Positions 8,248 through 18,845 of a DNA stretch of 64,000 bases are shown here, piece after piece; the stretch's first letter is position 1; each line of letters starts with the position of its first letter. The notes beneath the pieces were generated by a model. The model had not been told where the DNA came from, ran no database searches, and saw nothing but the letters and a program-made list of their open reading frames with translations. Position numbers and translations under genes: made by a program. Source of the DNA: a virus; the IMG/VR virus record IMGVR_UViG_3300045988_096244; one strand, given 5' to 3'.

Positions 8248-10335
8248 ATGGCTTTTACAAGTGGTAGTCCTTCTGCAGGACAACTCGAGATAGGCGTAGC
8301 TCTTGTCCTTCAGGATAGGTTTTCAAATCAGGCAAGAGAAGCCAGCTCGGTTATACGAGGTTTACATAGGGATGCCAAAAATGCTGTACAGGCTAACTTA
8401 ACTGCAGTTCAGTCGTACGCTAACATGGCAAGTGGTGTAGCTAACTCAATTGTGTCAACGTTAACTACTACCATTGAGACTGGAGCAGACTTCATTGACA
8501 TGATGACTACCGTTGGTGCTATCTCGGGAGCCACCGAAAACCAAATGTCTTGGTTATCAGAAACAGCTCAGACATTAGGTTTAAGGACCATGTTCATGTC
8601 AAGGGATATAGCTTTAGGTATGAAATACTTGGCAATGGCCGGTAATGATGCAAATCAGATTCAGGAAATGATATCTGGTGCTGCTATGATGGCCAATGCT
8701 ACCGGCATGGAATTGGGAGGTAAAGGAGGTACTGCCGACTTATTAACCAATATCATGAGGACCTTCAAACTTGAGGGTCAACAGGCTGCTGATATAGTTG
8801 GTGACCAGCTTACTAAAGCTGCCATGTCATCCAACGTATCAATGGCTGACTTAGCTGAGTCAATCAAATACTCGGCTGCATCGATGGTAACTCTGAAACA
8901 ACAGTTACCACAAGTAGCTGCAATGATTGGTACCTTAGGTAATGCAGGTATACAAGGTTCCATGGCAGGTACTTCTATACGAAATATGGCTGACTACCTG
9001 ACCCAGTCTATAACCAACCCTAACTTCAAAGGAGCTAAAGCCCTGGCAAAACTGGGACTGGGTAAACAGGACTTTGTAGATGCTAACGGAGACCTTCAGG
9101 ACTTTGCTGTCATATTGGAAAAGATTGGTACAGCTACTCAGGGTTTATCTACTGTAGACCAGAATGCTGTATTCAAGAGTATCTTCGGTGTACGTGGTAT
9201 GCGTGCAGCAGTTGCAATCATGCGGGATACCGAGGGTTACTTTGACCTGCTAAACAAGATACAAAACAATTCTGCCGGGTTTGCTGAAGAGGTAGTGAGA
9301 AAACGAATAGAAACTCTTGCAGGTAAGATTGATATTGTTCAGTCTGCTGCAGAGAACCTTATGACTACCTTTAGTATGGCACTTGGTAAGAATCCTATAA
9401 TAATGGGATTCCTCGATATGGTTGGTTGGGCAATATCTCAACTCCGAGATTTGATGGCAACTCCATTCGGACCATGGATAGCTGGATTTGCTGCTATTGC
9501 GGCTGTCGGGTTAAAGATAGGTTCTATCTGGATGGGACTAAGAGCTCGTTGGTTATTACTCAACGGAGACTCTCAGGTTTCATTCCGAACCATGGTAAGA
9601 CTCATGATAGGGGGATGGAATCAAGCCACCATATCTGCTCAGGGTTATCTCAACATGGAGAGAGCTATCCTTGCTCAAAGGGAAGCTGGTATTGGGGCAA
9701 GTGCTGCAACCGTGGCTGCTATGGGAGGTATGCCTGTTTACTACTACAATGGCAACACTCCAGCAAAAATGGGAGCTAATGGTAGGTATTATGCAAATAC
9801 TGGTAGAGGAGCTTCTGGATGGACTCCTGTACCGGCAGCTATGGTAACTACTACTAATGCAGGTAAGATGACCCGTAGTCTTATGGGAGGTGCTGGAGCT
9901 GCAGCTGGTGCTGCATCCAGAGGTGCTCTTGCTTCTGTAGGCAGAGGATTACTCGGACTCGGTTCAAGAATAGTAGGCTTATTTGGTGGTCCACTTGGAT
10001 TAGCTATCACAGGTATATCCATATTCGGACCAATGATATACAGTGCTATCAAAGGTAATAAGTCGGCTCAGGATGAAAATACCAGGGCTACAAATGACTT
10101 AGCATCAGCCATCAAAGCTAGCCGAGAAGGATATAAACAAAAGGATAATCTTCAAATGCTAACTATACAAGAGATGAGATGGTTAGTGCAGACTCTCGGA
10201 TTATATGCTGAAAGACTCAATCAACGAGATAATAAGGGTACTCACTTAACTATCAATATGGATGGTAAGAAGTTCCTTGAGGAGTATCTCGGAGATAGGG
10301 ATGCAGAAATAAATGTAGCAGCTGGAGTAAACTAA
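8248..10335 (+). CDS. tail tape measure protein
   Basis: 695 aa; TP901-type TMP core (MKYLAMAGNDANQIQEMISGAAMMANATGMELGG..ADLLTNIMRTF), Gly/Ala-rich hydrophobic central part; correct position. Confidence 0.85.
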   Translation: MAFTSGSPSAGQLEIGVALVLQDRFSNQAREASSVIRGLHRDAKNAVQANLTAVQSYANMASGVANSIVSTLTTTIETGADFIDMMTTVGAISGATENQMSWLSETAQTLGLRTMFMSRDIALGMKYLAMAGNDANQIQEMISGAAMMANATGMELGGKGGTADLLTNIMRTFKLEGQQAADIVGDQLTKAAMSSNVSMADLAESIKYSAASMVTLKQQLPQVAAMIGTLGNAGIQGSMAGTSIRNMADYLTQSITNPNFKGAKALAKLGLGKQDFVDANGDLQDFAVILEKIGTATQGLSTVDQNAVFKSIFGVRGMRAAVAIMRDTEGYFDLLNKIQNNSAGFAEEVVRKRIETLAGKIDIVQSAAENLMTTFSMALGKNPIIMGFLDMVGWAISQLRDLMATPFGPWIAGFAAIAAVGLKIGSIWMGLRARWLLLNGDSQVSFRTMVRLMIGGWNQATISAQGYLNMERAILAQREAGIGASAATVAAMGGMPVYYYNGNTPAKMGANGRYYANTGRGASGWTPVPAAMVTTTNAGKMTRSLMGGAGAAAGAASRGALASVGRGLLGLGSRIVGLFGGPLGLAITGISIFGPMIYSAIKGNKSAQDENTRATNDLASAIKASREGYKQKDNLQMLTIQEMRWLVQTLGLYAERLNQRDNKGTHLTINMDGKKFLEEYLGDRDAEINVAAGVN

Positions 10336-10341
10336 ACAATT

Positions 10342-11331
10342 ATGGCATCACTCATAGGAAAGCCTGTTGGAAAGGTAGCTCAAGAAATAACAGAACTTGA
10401 GCAGGGGAGAATATTCCAATCTCCTCTTAATAAGGTATGGAGAGCCCTGATACTCATTAACAGGGCCACTTCTCCAATGGCTAAGGCAGAACCAAATAAA
10501 CTTGGAAAAGTATATGATGCTCAAAATGCACATGTAGCCAGGGAAGGTTCTTATTCATTAGCTCAAACTCAAAGCGAATGGTATCAAAACATAATTGCTG
10601 CAAAGACAGCAGGTATTAACCCCGATGAAGTACTTAAGGCTAAGTCTGTAGATTATACCATAGCCAACAAGTTTACTTCGGAACTCATTAAGAACGATAT
10701 TGTAATTGCTAATTTGAATGTATCACCTGCAATCAGTTTAGTAATTCAAAATCGTCCTGACAGATTGAGGGTAGAGCCTGCTGCAACTTGGGCAGCAGTT
10801 AAATCCATGGGTCGTAACAATCCTTTCTACTTCTATACAGGAGGAGAGGACACTATAACTTTTGATATCTCTTGGTATTCAGTAGATGCGGACCACAGAG
10901 ATGATGTGGTTAATAAATGCCGACTCTTGGAATCATGGGCAAGAGCCGATGGGTATTCAGCATCACCTCCTACATTACGTATCCAGTGGGGTAATTCGGG
11001 GTTATTCGAAGATGACCTCTTCATACTGGCTGCAGCTCCTTATGAGCTGACTCACTTCCAGAATGCTTCTCGTATGATGAGGAGGTACGATAATGACCCA
11101 GATACCGGCCAGAGGATAACTAATACGGTTAGCAAACCTTATAATCTTAAGCTATTGCCTAACTGTGCAACTCAAACCCTCACTTTCAAAAGGGTAACTA
11201 AGAACAACCGAACCTGGGAGGAAATCATCCCTGCTAGTAAGTTGCAATATACTCCTGGAGTAATTATAGATGGTGGGGAGGTAGATTCTCTAGAAAATTC
11301 CGATACCGAGAGAATAGGCACACAAAATTAA
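10342..11331 (+). CDS. tail/baseplate protein (occupies the Mu gpN-like position after the TMP)
   Basis: Position only; 329 aa. Confidence 0.35.
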   Translation: MASLIGKPVGKVAQEITELEQGRIFQSPLNKVWRALILINRATSPMAKAEPNKLGKVYDAQNAHVAREGSYSLAQTQSEWYQNIIAAKTAGINPDEVLKAKSVDYTIANKFTSELIKNDIVIANLNVSPAISLVIQNRPDRLRVEPAATWAAVKSMGRNNPFYFYTGGEDTITFDISWYSVDADHRDDVVNKCRLLESWARADGYSASPPTLRIQWGNSGLFEDDLFILAAAPYELTHFQNASRMMRRYDNDPDTGQRITNTVSKPYNLKLLPNCATQTLTFKRVTKNNRTWEEIIPASKLQYTPGVIIDGGEVDSLENSDTERIGTQN

Positions 11332-11337
11332 ATTATT

Positions 11338-11610
11338 ATGGTAACTATTCCTGGAACAAGTCCCTATGAGGACAGTTATGTAATAAAGTTTCATGATGGG
11401 GATATATCCCTGGAAAGAAATATCTCATCCATATCTTCTGACCATATAATCCATTCGGTACTGGAAGGAGAAACCATACAGAACATTGCTTTCAAGTATT
11501 ATGGAGATTCTGGGATGTGGGGAGTCATTGCAGATGCCAATGATATACTAAATCCTTTTGAAGACCTTCATACTGATATGGAGTTAATCATTCCTAATTA
11601 TGGAGGATAG
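11338..11610 (+). CDS. LysM-domain tail protein (P2 gpX-like)
   Basis: HSVLEGETIQNIAFKYYGDSGMWGVIADANDILNPFEDLHTDMELIIP is a LysM motif. Confidence 0.75.
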   Translation: MVTIPGTSPYEDSYVIKFHDGDISLERNISSISSDHIIHSVLEGETIQNIAFKYYGDSGMWGVIADANDILNPFEDLHTDMELIIPNYGG

Positions 11611-12154
11611 CAAACCAATTCTCGTAAACGGTAATGGTACACCATACCTGGCTATATTCGATGGGGCAGGTTCTCCTATTATGGATGAATTCAATGGTCT
11701 GCCCATCGGTATGGAAGTTGAGAACTTTAACTACAGATATACTGAAGGTAAAGGTGACAAAGGTAAGTTTACTATAGTAACTGACTTTGTAGGAATTGTA
11801 GACCATCCTTCTCTACAATTCAAGATGCCTTTGAAGATACAGTGGGGATGGATATTCAGTGATAGCTCTTTCAAATCTGGTCCTGTAAGATTAGTGAATG
11901 TAAAGAGTCATCAAATAGAATTCACTCCTGAGGGGGTAAAGTTTACCATAGAGTTTGCAGATGCAAAAATGTTCTTGGAAGCTGAGCCTTCTAAGTTTGT
12001 GGGCAATAAAACTGAATATCTGGATGTCTTTAAGGAGTTAGCACTCGGTAAGATGCCGTTAATAGTGACTGACTATGCAGAGAAAGCTGGTACGGCTTTG
12101 GTGATAACCGATAATCAACCTTGTGATGGCAAAACAGAGCAACGAGAAAAGTAA
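11600..12154 (+). CDS. baseplate hub-associated protein (gpD/gp27-region, N-terminal piece?)
   Basis: Position between the LysM protein and the spike; 184 aa; overlaps the next ORF by about 30 nt. Confidence 0.35.
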   Translation: MEDSKPILVNGNGTPYLAIFDGAGSPIMDEFNGLPIGMEVENFNYRYTEGKGDKGKFTIVTDFVGIVDHPSLQFKMPLKIQWGWIFSDSSFKSGPVRLVNVKSHQIEFTPEGVKFTIEFADAKMFLEAEPSKFVGNKTEYLDVFKELALGKMPLIVTDYAEKAGTALVITDNQPCDGKTEQREK

Positions 12155-13760
12155 GCCTTGCTTACCTTGCTATATGAAAATACAAAGCTCCGAGAAATTG
12201 GATGATGGGTTGGTAGGGGTAAACATACTTAAGCTATCCCCGGAGAACTTATCTAAACCAGCACAGGATCCAGATAGATATAAGTTGAGAACGATACCGG
12301 CTACATTCGCAGAGGGTACTGCAATTGTGGGTTCGGCAACCTTCTTAAACAAATACTCTCAGTTAGTGGGCATAGCTAAAGCCATGTCTGGTGGTCCTAA
12401 CTTTGTGGACACTCGTGATAACCAAGTAGAGATACATAATGGGAAGCAATCCGGTAAAGCTGTATTTGCATATACCTATGCAGGTGGAACCGGAGAATTG
12501 CTTGAGTTCAGGGTTCAAACTAAATACGTTCAAAGTATAGAAGCTGGTAAAGCTTCAAGTGTTGACCCCGATACTAAAACCATTGAAACTGATGTAGTAC
12601 AATGTGTACCTACTAATGATGACCCTTGTAAGCCCGATGCTTATGTAAAAGAGAACAAACCGAACCTATTGAGGTTCCAAAGGGATGTAACTCGTATGGC
12701 AAAAGTTGAAAGGGCTGTAGTACCCAGTACATCGGTATGTAGGGAGATAAGGAGTACTACTCCAAAACCCCCGGTATATGAATCCCCTACTGATGCTCAG
12801 CAGAAGATAGCTTCAAATCCATCTTTAACTAAAGAGGAGGTAAAAGCATACAACTCTCAGCTTGAGTCAGAGTGGAAGAAGTATCTGGATGGGTTAAAGG
12901 AATTTGAAGATGCCATACGTTCGGGTAAAACCGATGTAGGACTTCCCCAACCTCCAGATGAGGTATCTGACTTTGTAATCAAGAGGAAGGTAAGAGTATT
13001 ACTCAATCCTCATGACTATGTGCCCGAGAAATACAAATACCTGTATGGTGGTAACAAAGCTTTCTGGAAAATGGGATTCCGAGCATTGGAGGAAAGAAGT
13101 GATATAACCATCATATACCCAGCTAACGGTAAGTACAGTCCAGGTAACAACTACGGTACTCCCGGTGATAAAGTGCTTGCTGAAATGGTGGTTGAGATAC
13201 AAGTACCAGGTGTACGAGTAGTATCAGATCCTTTGTTTGCAACTCTTGGTGACTTCATGGCCAATGATATCATCGAGTCAGTAAACAGTCAGATTAAATC
13301 TAAGGCTAAGTTTGTTGGTAACCCCAACATGAAATCTTCTCAGATTATCGAAATTAAGAATGTAGGTCAAAGGTATTCTGGAGATTGGTATGCTAAGGAG
13401 GTAGACCATAGCTTCGATACTGGCGGGTATTTTACCGAGGTTACTTTCGAAAAGAAATCTCGAAACTCTATACTGAACAAGATATCTACTTCTGTCAATA
13501 TGCAGGAGGTATTCCAGAAAGCCCATGATGTGGCAGAGGAATCTTACACTACAGATGCTTGGAAGATACCGAGTCAAATCAAAGCTGAGGTGGAGAAATA
13601 CAGAGAGTCATCCTGGAAGAAGGGTGAGAAAGAAAATCCCAGAAGAGCTGGTCGTCAGATTGTGGTTCAACAGGATGCCGATAACCCAGCTGACTACCAA
13701 ATCTTTGAGGCAAACACTGACTTTCAAGTAGGTAGAAACATAAGTCCTAAAGAACAATGA
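12126..13760 (+). CDS. baseplate hub / tail-associated protein
   Basis: 544-aa ORF (ATG 12126; alternative ATG 12174); position upstream of the gpV-like spike. Confidence 0.4.
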   Translation: MAKQSNEKSKPCLPCYMKIQSSEKLDDGLVGVNILKLSPENLSKPAQDPDRYKLRTIPATFAEGTAIVGSATFLNKYSQLVGIAKAMSGGPNFVDTRDNQVEIHNGKQSGKAVFAYTYAGGTGELLEFRVQTKYVQSIEAGKASSVDPDTKTIETDVVQCVPTNDDPCKPDAYVKENKPNLLRFQRDVTRMAKVERAVVPSTSVCREIRSTTPKPPVYESPTDAQQKIASNPSLTKEEVKAYNSQLESEWKKYLDGLKEFEDAIRSGKTDVGLPQPPDEVSDFVIKRKVRVLLNPHDYVPEKYKYLYGGNKAFWKMGFRALEERSDITIIYPANGKYSPGNNYGTPGDKVLAEMVVEIQVPGVRVVSDPLFATLGDFMANDIIESVNSQIKSKAKFVGNPNMKSSQIIEIKNVGQRYSGDWYAKEVDHSFDTGGYFTEVTFEKKSRNSILNKISTSVNMQEVFQKAHDVAEESYTTDAWKIPSQIKAEVEKYRESSWKKGEKENPRRAGRQIVVQQDADNPADYQIFEANTDFQVGRNISPKEQ

Positions 13761-14452
13761 CCTTATACGAACTAATTCAGCAGAGAGGTATAGAGGCAAT
13801 CGGTAGGTTCTACTCTACATATCGAGGGGTTGTTATAACCAATGATGACCCGGACTCTCAGAATAAGGTATGTATATATCTGCCAAGTATTTTGAGGGGA
13901 GTGGAGGTATGGGCATATCCAAAACACCAGCAAGGTGGACCTGGTTCAGGGTTTAAGTGGTTATCTCCAAGAGAGGGTTCTATAGTATATGTAGAATTCG
14001 AGAATGGAGACCCAAGACACCCACTTTGGTCTTATCATGGTTGGGCAATAGGTGAAATGCCCGAAGAACTAAACAAGCCCAATGTACTTGGGTTTATAAC
14101 CCCAAAAGGTAATAGGATTATACTGGATGAAAGTGAAACGGGAGTATTAACTGCAATAATCCAACAGGATATTGTTGTTAAAGCTCTAGAGGGCAACATA
14201 AACGTCGATGCGGAGCAAATTATAATGCAGAGCGGGGAAGTTGGTATTCCCGAATCCACTTCAGTAGTAGAAAGGATAAACACTATAGAGAAAGACATCA
14301 ATAACCTTAAACAGGTATTCTCATCCTGGACTCCAAAGCCTCAGGATGGAGGTGCTTCTCTAAAAGCCTCTGCTTCATCATGGTTTGGAAGTCAACTAAT
14401 TGAAACCAAGGTGGAGGATATCGAGAGTGAAACAATTAAACAACCTAACTAA
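13757..14452 (+). CDS. baseplate spike, gpV / gp5 OB-fold family
   Basis: YRGVVITNDDPDSQNKVCIYLPS..VWAYP..GSGFKWLSPREGSIVYVEFENGDPRHPLW matches the Phage_base_V pattern. Confidence 0.8.
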   Translation: MTLYELIQQRGIEAIGRFYSTYRGVVITNDDPDSQNKVCIYLPSILRGVEVWAYPKHQQGGPGSGFKWLSPREGSIVYVEFENGDPRHPLWSYHGWAIGEMPEELNKPNVLGFITPKGNRIILDESETGVLTAIIQQDIVVKALEGNINVDAEQIIMQSGEVGIPESTSVVERINTIEKDINNLKQVFSSWTPKPQDGGASLKASASSWFGSQLIETKVEDIESETIKQPN

Positions 14453-14928
14453 TGGCAAACTATAATCAACTCAACACAATTGGTAGTGGTGCTTATTTCC
14501 CGGTAAAGCTAACTCAGGCTATTGGGAGTGATGGTAAACCAGAAACAGTACAGTTGCCTGATGGAAGGACAGTACCTAAAATTGGGTGGTATATATTGCA
14601 GGGGGATGTAGCTTTGATAAAGCAGAATCTAACCGCAATACTCACCTATCAAATCGGTCAAAGATTCCGACAAGAAGATTTTGGTTCTCGAACTTGGGAA
14701 TGCCTTGAAGAGCCTAACACAAGTGCCCTTAATCTGATGATTAAGAATTTTGTGAAGGATGGCATAGCAGCTTGGGAACCTCGAATAACTGCTCTTAAGG
14801 TATTTGCTCTGAAACCCACTAAAGAGTCCATACGACTCTTGATATATTTCAAGATACAGAACTCTCAGAAGGTAGAAGAGCTGAACTTTCAATATAACTT
14901 AAATAACTCAACAACAAATGTCTACTAG
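14452..14928 (+). CDS. baseplate wedge protein, gp25 / gpW family
   Basis: IKQNLTAILTYQIGQRFRQEDFGSRTWECLEEPN...IAAWEPRITALKV is the GPW_gp25 signature. Confidence 0.85.
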   Translation: MANYNQLNTIGSGAYFPVKLTQAIGSDGKPETVQLPDGRTVPKIGWYILQGDVALIKQNLTAILTYQIGQRFRQEDFGSRTWECLEEPNTSALNLMIKNFVKDGIAAWEPRITALKVFALKPTKESIRLLIYFKIQNSQKVEELNFQYNLNNSTTNVY

Positions 14929-16693
14929 CAACCCTTGGCTTACTCCCTTTCAGAGGTCATACAATGACATAAAAGCCAAACTAATTCAATCTCTGAATGA
15001 AAGGGTTCCAGAGATTAATGATATGAGTGAGGGTAATATATTTATCCTTACACTCTCAATCTTTGCAGGTATTGCAGAGGTGATACATTACTACATTGAT
15101 GGTATGGCAAGGGAAGCATTCCTCCCAACCTGTAGAAGGTACTCATCTTTGTATAAACATGCAAAGCTGGTAGACTACCATATCAAATCAGCTATACCAT
15201 CTTCTGTAGATTTAACGGTATACATGCAAGACGGTAGCCCTTTCCCGGTAGATATATCTATTCCCCAGAATACCGTTTTTAATTCAAAGGACGGTAAACA
15301 ATGGATAACTACCAGGAATGTAACTATAGAGAAAGGGACCTACACTTATAAAATTCCGGTAGCTCAAAAGGAGGCAGTTGCCGAAGTAGAACTCGGTACA
15401 TACACTTCTCATGATATTATCATCACTCTGGGTGATTTGCCTACGGATAAGAAGTATGTAGAAGGTTCTATGGTACTTACCATAGGTGGAGAGGCTTGGA
15501 CTCTGGTAGATACCTTTGCTTATTCAGGTCCTGGTGATAAGGTATACAAGGTAGAGCTTGACAGTACTCTGAAACCTTATCTGGTATTCGGGGATGGTCA
15601 GTTTGGTAGGAAGCCCACCATAGGTTCTCAAATCAAGGGTCAGTACTACCTGACTTACGGTTCTAATGGTAATATTCCGGCTAACCAATTCGATAAAGTG
15701 CCAGAAGTGATGACTGATGTAACTTCTGGACTTACTTTGACAAACACTATAGCTGCAACCGGAGGCTCAGATTATGAGGACTTCGATACGTTGAAAGAGC
15801 ATATCCCACTCAGTATCAAAACTCTCGGAGTGGCAATTACCAAAGAAGATTACGAGGCAATAGCTATGCTTATCGACGGTGTGGATAAAGCCTACTGTAA
15901 CTACATTTGTGGTAAATATGTAGAGATATACATTACCCCAGATGGAGGTTCCGAAGCAAGCACTGAGCTTATCAACAATGTAAAGCAGAGGATGGAATCT
16001 TCTAAGGTACTTACTACCAGGGTAAGTGTATATTCTACACATGCTGCCAAGATATACCTGTCAGCAACTATAACCGGCCGGAAGTCTTTCAAGTCAATAG
16101 ATATAAGCAATCAAGTGAAGAAAGCTTTACTGGATGCCTATAACTATCAGAACTCTGATATCAACAAACCGGTAAGACAGTCTGACCTGTATGCTCTTAT
16201 GGATAATCAACCCATGGTTGACTTCCTAACTATAACTGAGTTGTACTTACTGCCTTATCCGATAGCTATAAATATCAACTCACAAAATACGGAGGAGATA
16301 GTATCGGTACCCGCTCTAAACATAACCTATTTCAAGATGCTGTCATTTGCTACAGCAACTCCTGAAACAGGTTATGAGAACTGTTACATTAAAACAGTAA
16401 TCGAGGATGGTAATGCTTTCTATCGGATATATGCTAACAAGGACCTTTCAGGAAATGCTTTGTACACTGGCCAGTATGGTAAACCTCTTGAGGTATCCCT
16501 GACCAAGTCGAAATTCAGCTTAACCATCAACTTACCGGTTGAGAATGCAAACTATGAAAATGGGACCGTATATCAACTAACTACACAACCAATGGGTAGT
16601 GGAGGAAAGCTGGTAGACCTTATCCCTCATAATTACAATATCCCAACTATCAGTTCGGATAACATAACTCTTACAATCAATGAAGTGGTTTAA
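14918..16693 (+). CDS. baseplate J-like protein (gpJ/gp6 family)
   Basis: 591 aa directly after the gp25-like gene; typical gpW-gpJ-gpI order. Confidence 0.65.
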   Translation: MSTSNPWLTPFQRSYNDIKAKLIQSLNERVPEINDMSEGNIFILTLSIFAGIAEVIHYYIDGMAREAFLPTCRRYSSLYKHAKLVDYHIKSAIPSSVDLTVYMQDGSPFPVDISIPQNTVFNSKDGKQWITTRNVTIEKGTYTYKIPVAQKEAVAEVELGTYTSHDIIITLGDLPTDKKYVEGSMVLTIGGEAWTLVDTFAYSGPGDKVYKVELDSTLKPYLVFGDGQFGRKPTIGSQIKGQYYLTYGSNGNIPANQFDKVPEVMTDVTSGLTLTNTIAATGGSDYEDFDTLKEHIPLSIKTLGVAITKEDYEAIAMLIDGVDKAYCNYICGKYVEIYITPDGGSEASTELINNVKQRMESSKVLTTRVSVYSTHAAKIYLSATITGRKSFKSIDISNQVKKALLDAYNYQNSDINKPVRQSDLYALMDNQPMVDFLTITELYLLPYPIAININSQNTEEIVSVPALNITYFKMLSFATATPETGYENCYIKTVIEDGNAFYRIYANKDLSGNALYTGQYGKPLEVSLTKSKFSLTINLPVENANYENGTVYQLTTQPMGSGGKLVDLIPHNYNIPTISSDNITLTINEVV

Positions 16694-17576
16694 TCCAGCT
16701 AAGAGGTTCTTCAGGGATTACATCTTCAGTAACCTATTCGACCATTACTATAAAGCCAATGATACTTATCAGGATTCAGAAGGCAAGGGTATATTCGAAA
16801 GGTTCATAGATGTATGTTCAGGTTATTTCGATACTGAAGTAATGCCCGATATAGATAATTTCATGGAATGTCTGGATGTGGATAAAGCCAATCCGATATT
16901 CCTGAATTATCTTTGGGAATACTTTGGGTTCATCCCCTATGCCTATGGCGTACTTACTAAGGGAGAACCATATACAGAGGAGAATCTAGAGAATTGGGTA
17001 AAAGAGGACAGGGGTTTTCCTACCGCTGATTTCCGATTAGTTCTAAGATACGCCATATCTTTATATAAGATACGAGGTACTCGAGGGTTTTATGAAATAT
17101 TAGGCCGATTTTATGGAGTAACCTTTACTCTCACCGAAGTAGATGAAGGAACAAAACAAGCTGTTGCCCAGGCAATAGGAGATGGTTCTGTAAACTATGA
17201 CACTATCTCTCACTTCGATACTCCATCAGCTACATACGATACCGAGACAGATTGCTGGGAATGCGTACCAATGATTCTCACTATTGGTATACCAAAGGGT
17301 CAATGGGACTTTATGTTAAAGAGGGACAAGGAAATTCAGGAACAACTCCTGGAAGAGTGGAAGCTAATGAACCCAGATGCAACTGAGGAAGAGATTCAGG
17401 CTGCAAAGGAACAAATAGAATCAGAACATCCCTCTGATTACAGTGATAAGGTACGAGAGACTTTGGTAAACCTTGTCAACAAATACCTTCCAGTAAATGT
17501 AAAGTATTTCGAACCAAAAGATAGTTCAGTAGTATTCGAACAAACCTCAGTAGTAATCTATATTGTATATGCTTAG
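16680..17576 (+). CDS. baseplate/tail protein, P2 gpI-like
   Basis: Position after the gpJ-like gene; LYKIRGTRGFYEILGRFYGV resembles the gpI-family motif. Confidence 0.45.
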   Translation: MKWFNPAKRFFRDYIFSNLFDHYYKANDTYQDSEGKGIFERFIDVCSGYFDTEVMPDIDNFMECLDVDKANPIFLNYLWEYFGFIPYAYGVLTKGEPYTEENLENWVKEDRGFPTADFRLVLRYAISLYKIRGTRGFYEILGRFYGVTFTLTEVDEGTKQAVAQAIGDGSVNYDTISHFDTPSATYDTETDCWECVPMILTIGIPKGQWDFMLKRDKEIQEQLLEEWKLMNPDATEEEIQAAKEQIESEHPSDYSDKVRETLVNLVNKYLPVNVKYFEPKDSSVVFEQTSVVIYIVYA

Positions 17577-18213
17577 TAGACCTCTAATCTCATTTCTATT
17601 CTTAACTGCTCAAGAAGACCCTAAGTTGGACCATGCAGTTCAGTCGCTAACCAAATCTTCTATCGAGTTAGCTGAAGCAGTCTCCAACTACGGAGCTCTA
17701 AAAGTAATCTTCGGTATCTTCATGGTATTGGTCCTTGTAATGGTAACGGTGTTTATATACACTATCTGGAACCTAAACGAGAAGATATCTATAGTATCTG
17801 AATCTTCACAACAGGTAGAGGAGTTCTTCGACGGGGCCACTGATTCTACGGTGGGTATAACCGAGGCTCAAATACTGATTCGCAGGGAGTTCAATTGTTT
17901 GGGCCATATATTAAAGTATGCCATACTACGAATAAGATTCGAGAACCATATAGACAACAAGGAGTCTACAATAAAGAAAGTGGAAAGCTTAGTAAACAAT
18001 GAATATTCTGAGCTATACGGACTACTTTCTAACTTCACTTGTAATGGTAAATCTCTCTCAAATATCTTTGAGCCTCAGGATAACGAGGCAATAAAAGATT
18101 TGGTAATAGAACAGATATACATACCTAAGGACCAGTTCTCCATTTCAAACATGGACCAATCTGTAAGTATGTATCTCAACGGATTAAAACTAATGTACCT
18201 TAAAAAATTATAA
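17563..18213 (+). CDS. membrane protein upstream of the endolysin (candidate holin or lysis accessory)
   Basis: One strong TM span ALKVIFGIFMVLVLVMVTVFIYTIW; adjacent to the amidase gene. Confidence 0.3.
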   Translation: MYMLSRPLISFLFLTAQEDPKLDHAVQSLTKSSIELAEAVSNYGALKVIFGIFMVLVLVMVTVFIYTIWNLNEKISIVSESSQQVEEFFDGATDSTVGITEAQILIRREFNCLGHILKYAILRIRFENHIDNKESTIKKVESLVNNEYSELYGLLSNFTCNGKSLSNIFEPQDNEAIKDLVIEQIYIPKDQFSISNMDQSVSMYLNGLKLMYLKKL

Positions 18214-18215
18214 CT

Positions 18216-18842
18216 ATGGCACGAAGATTATTGCCTATTATCGACTTTGCTCATGGGTCTGATGTAGCAGGAAAACAATCTCCAGACGGTAGACATAAAG
18301 AATATCTCTGGAGTCGTAAAGTGGGAAAAGCTTTGGCAGAGCGTCTCGAGCAAGAGGGATTCGAGGTAGCTTTCACTAATACCGGGGACACCGAAATCGG
18401 GCTGTCTAGAAGAAAAGAAATTGCAAACAAATTAGATACTCCCCGAGGGGGTGCAAAGTTTCTGATTTCACTCCATAACAATGCTGCAGGTATGGGGAAT
18501 GAGTGGTGCGCTGCAAGGGGTTTTGAAATATATACCACTAAAGGCCAAACTCGTTCGGATTTATTTGCCACGGTGATATTCGAACAGTTACAGGAAGACT
18601 TCCCAATCACCGACGGTTATAAGCATAGGACAGACCCATCTGATGGAGATCCTGACAAGGAAGCTAACTTCACTGTTCTCATGGGTAATAACTATTGGGG
18701 AGTACTTCTCGAGTGGTTATTCCAGGATAATCCAGATGATGTGGCATTACTCGAAGATGAGATTGTAAACCGGAAATTGGTAGAATCTCTCACCAAAGCC
18801 CTCATCTTCATCGATGAAAATCTCGACAAATTAAAATTGTAA
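18216..18842 (+). CDS. N-acetylmuramoyl-L-alanine amidase (Amidase_3 type endolysin)
   Basis: IIDFAHGSDVAGKQSPDG..EYLWSRKVG..GLSRRKEIAN..FLISLHNNAAG..GFEIY matches the Amidase_3 pattern. Confidence 0.85.
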   Translation: MARRLLPIIDFAHGSDVAGKQSPDGRHKEYLWSRKVGKALAERLEQEGFEVAFTNTGDTEIGLSRRKEIANKLDTPRGGAKFLISLHNNAAGMGNEWCAARGFEIYTTKGQTRSDLFATVIFEQLQEDFPITDGYKHRTDPSDGDPDKEANFTVLMGNNYWGVLLEWLFQDNPDDVALLEDEIVNRKLVESLTKALIFIDENLDKLKL

Positions 18843-18845
18843 GCC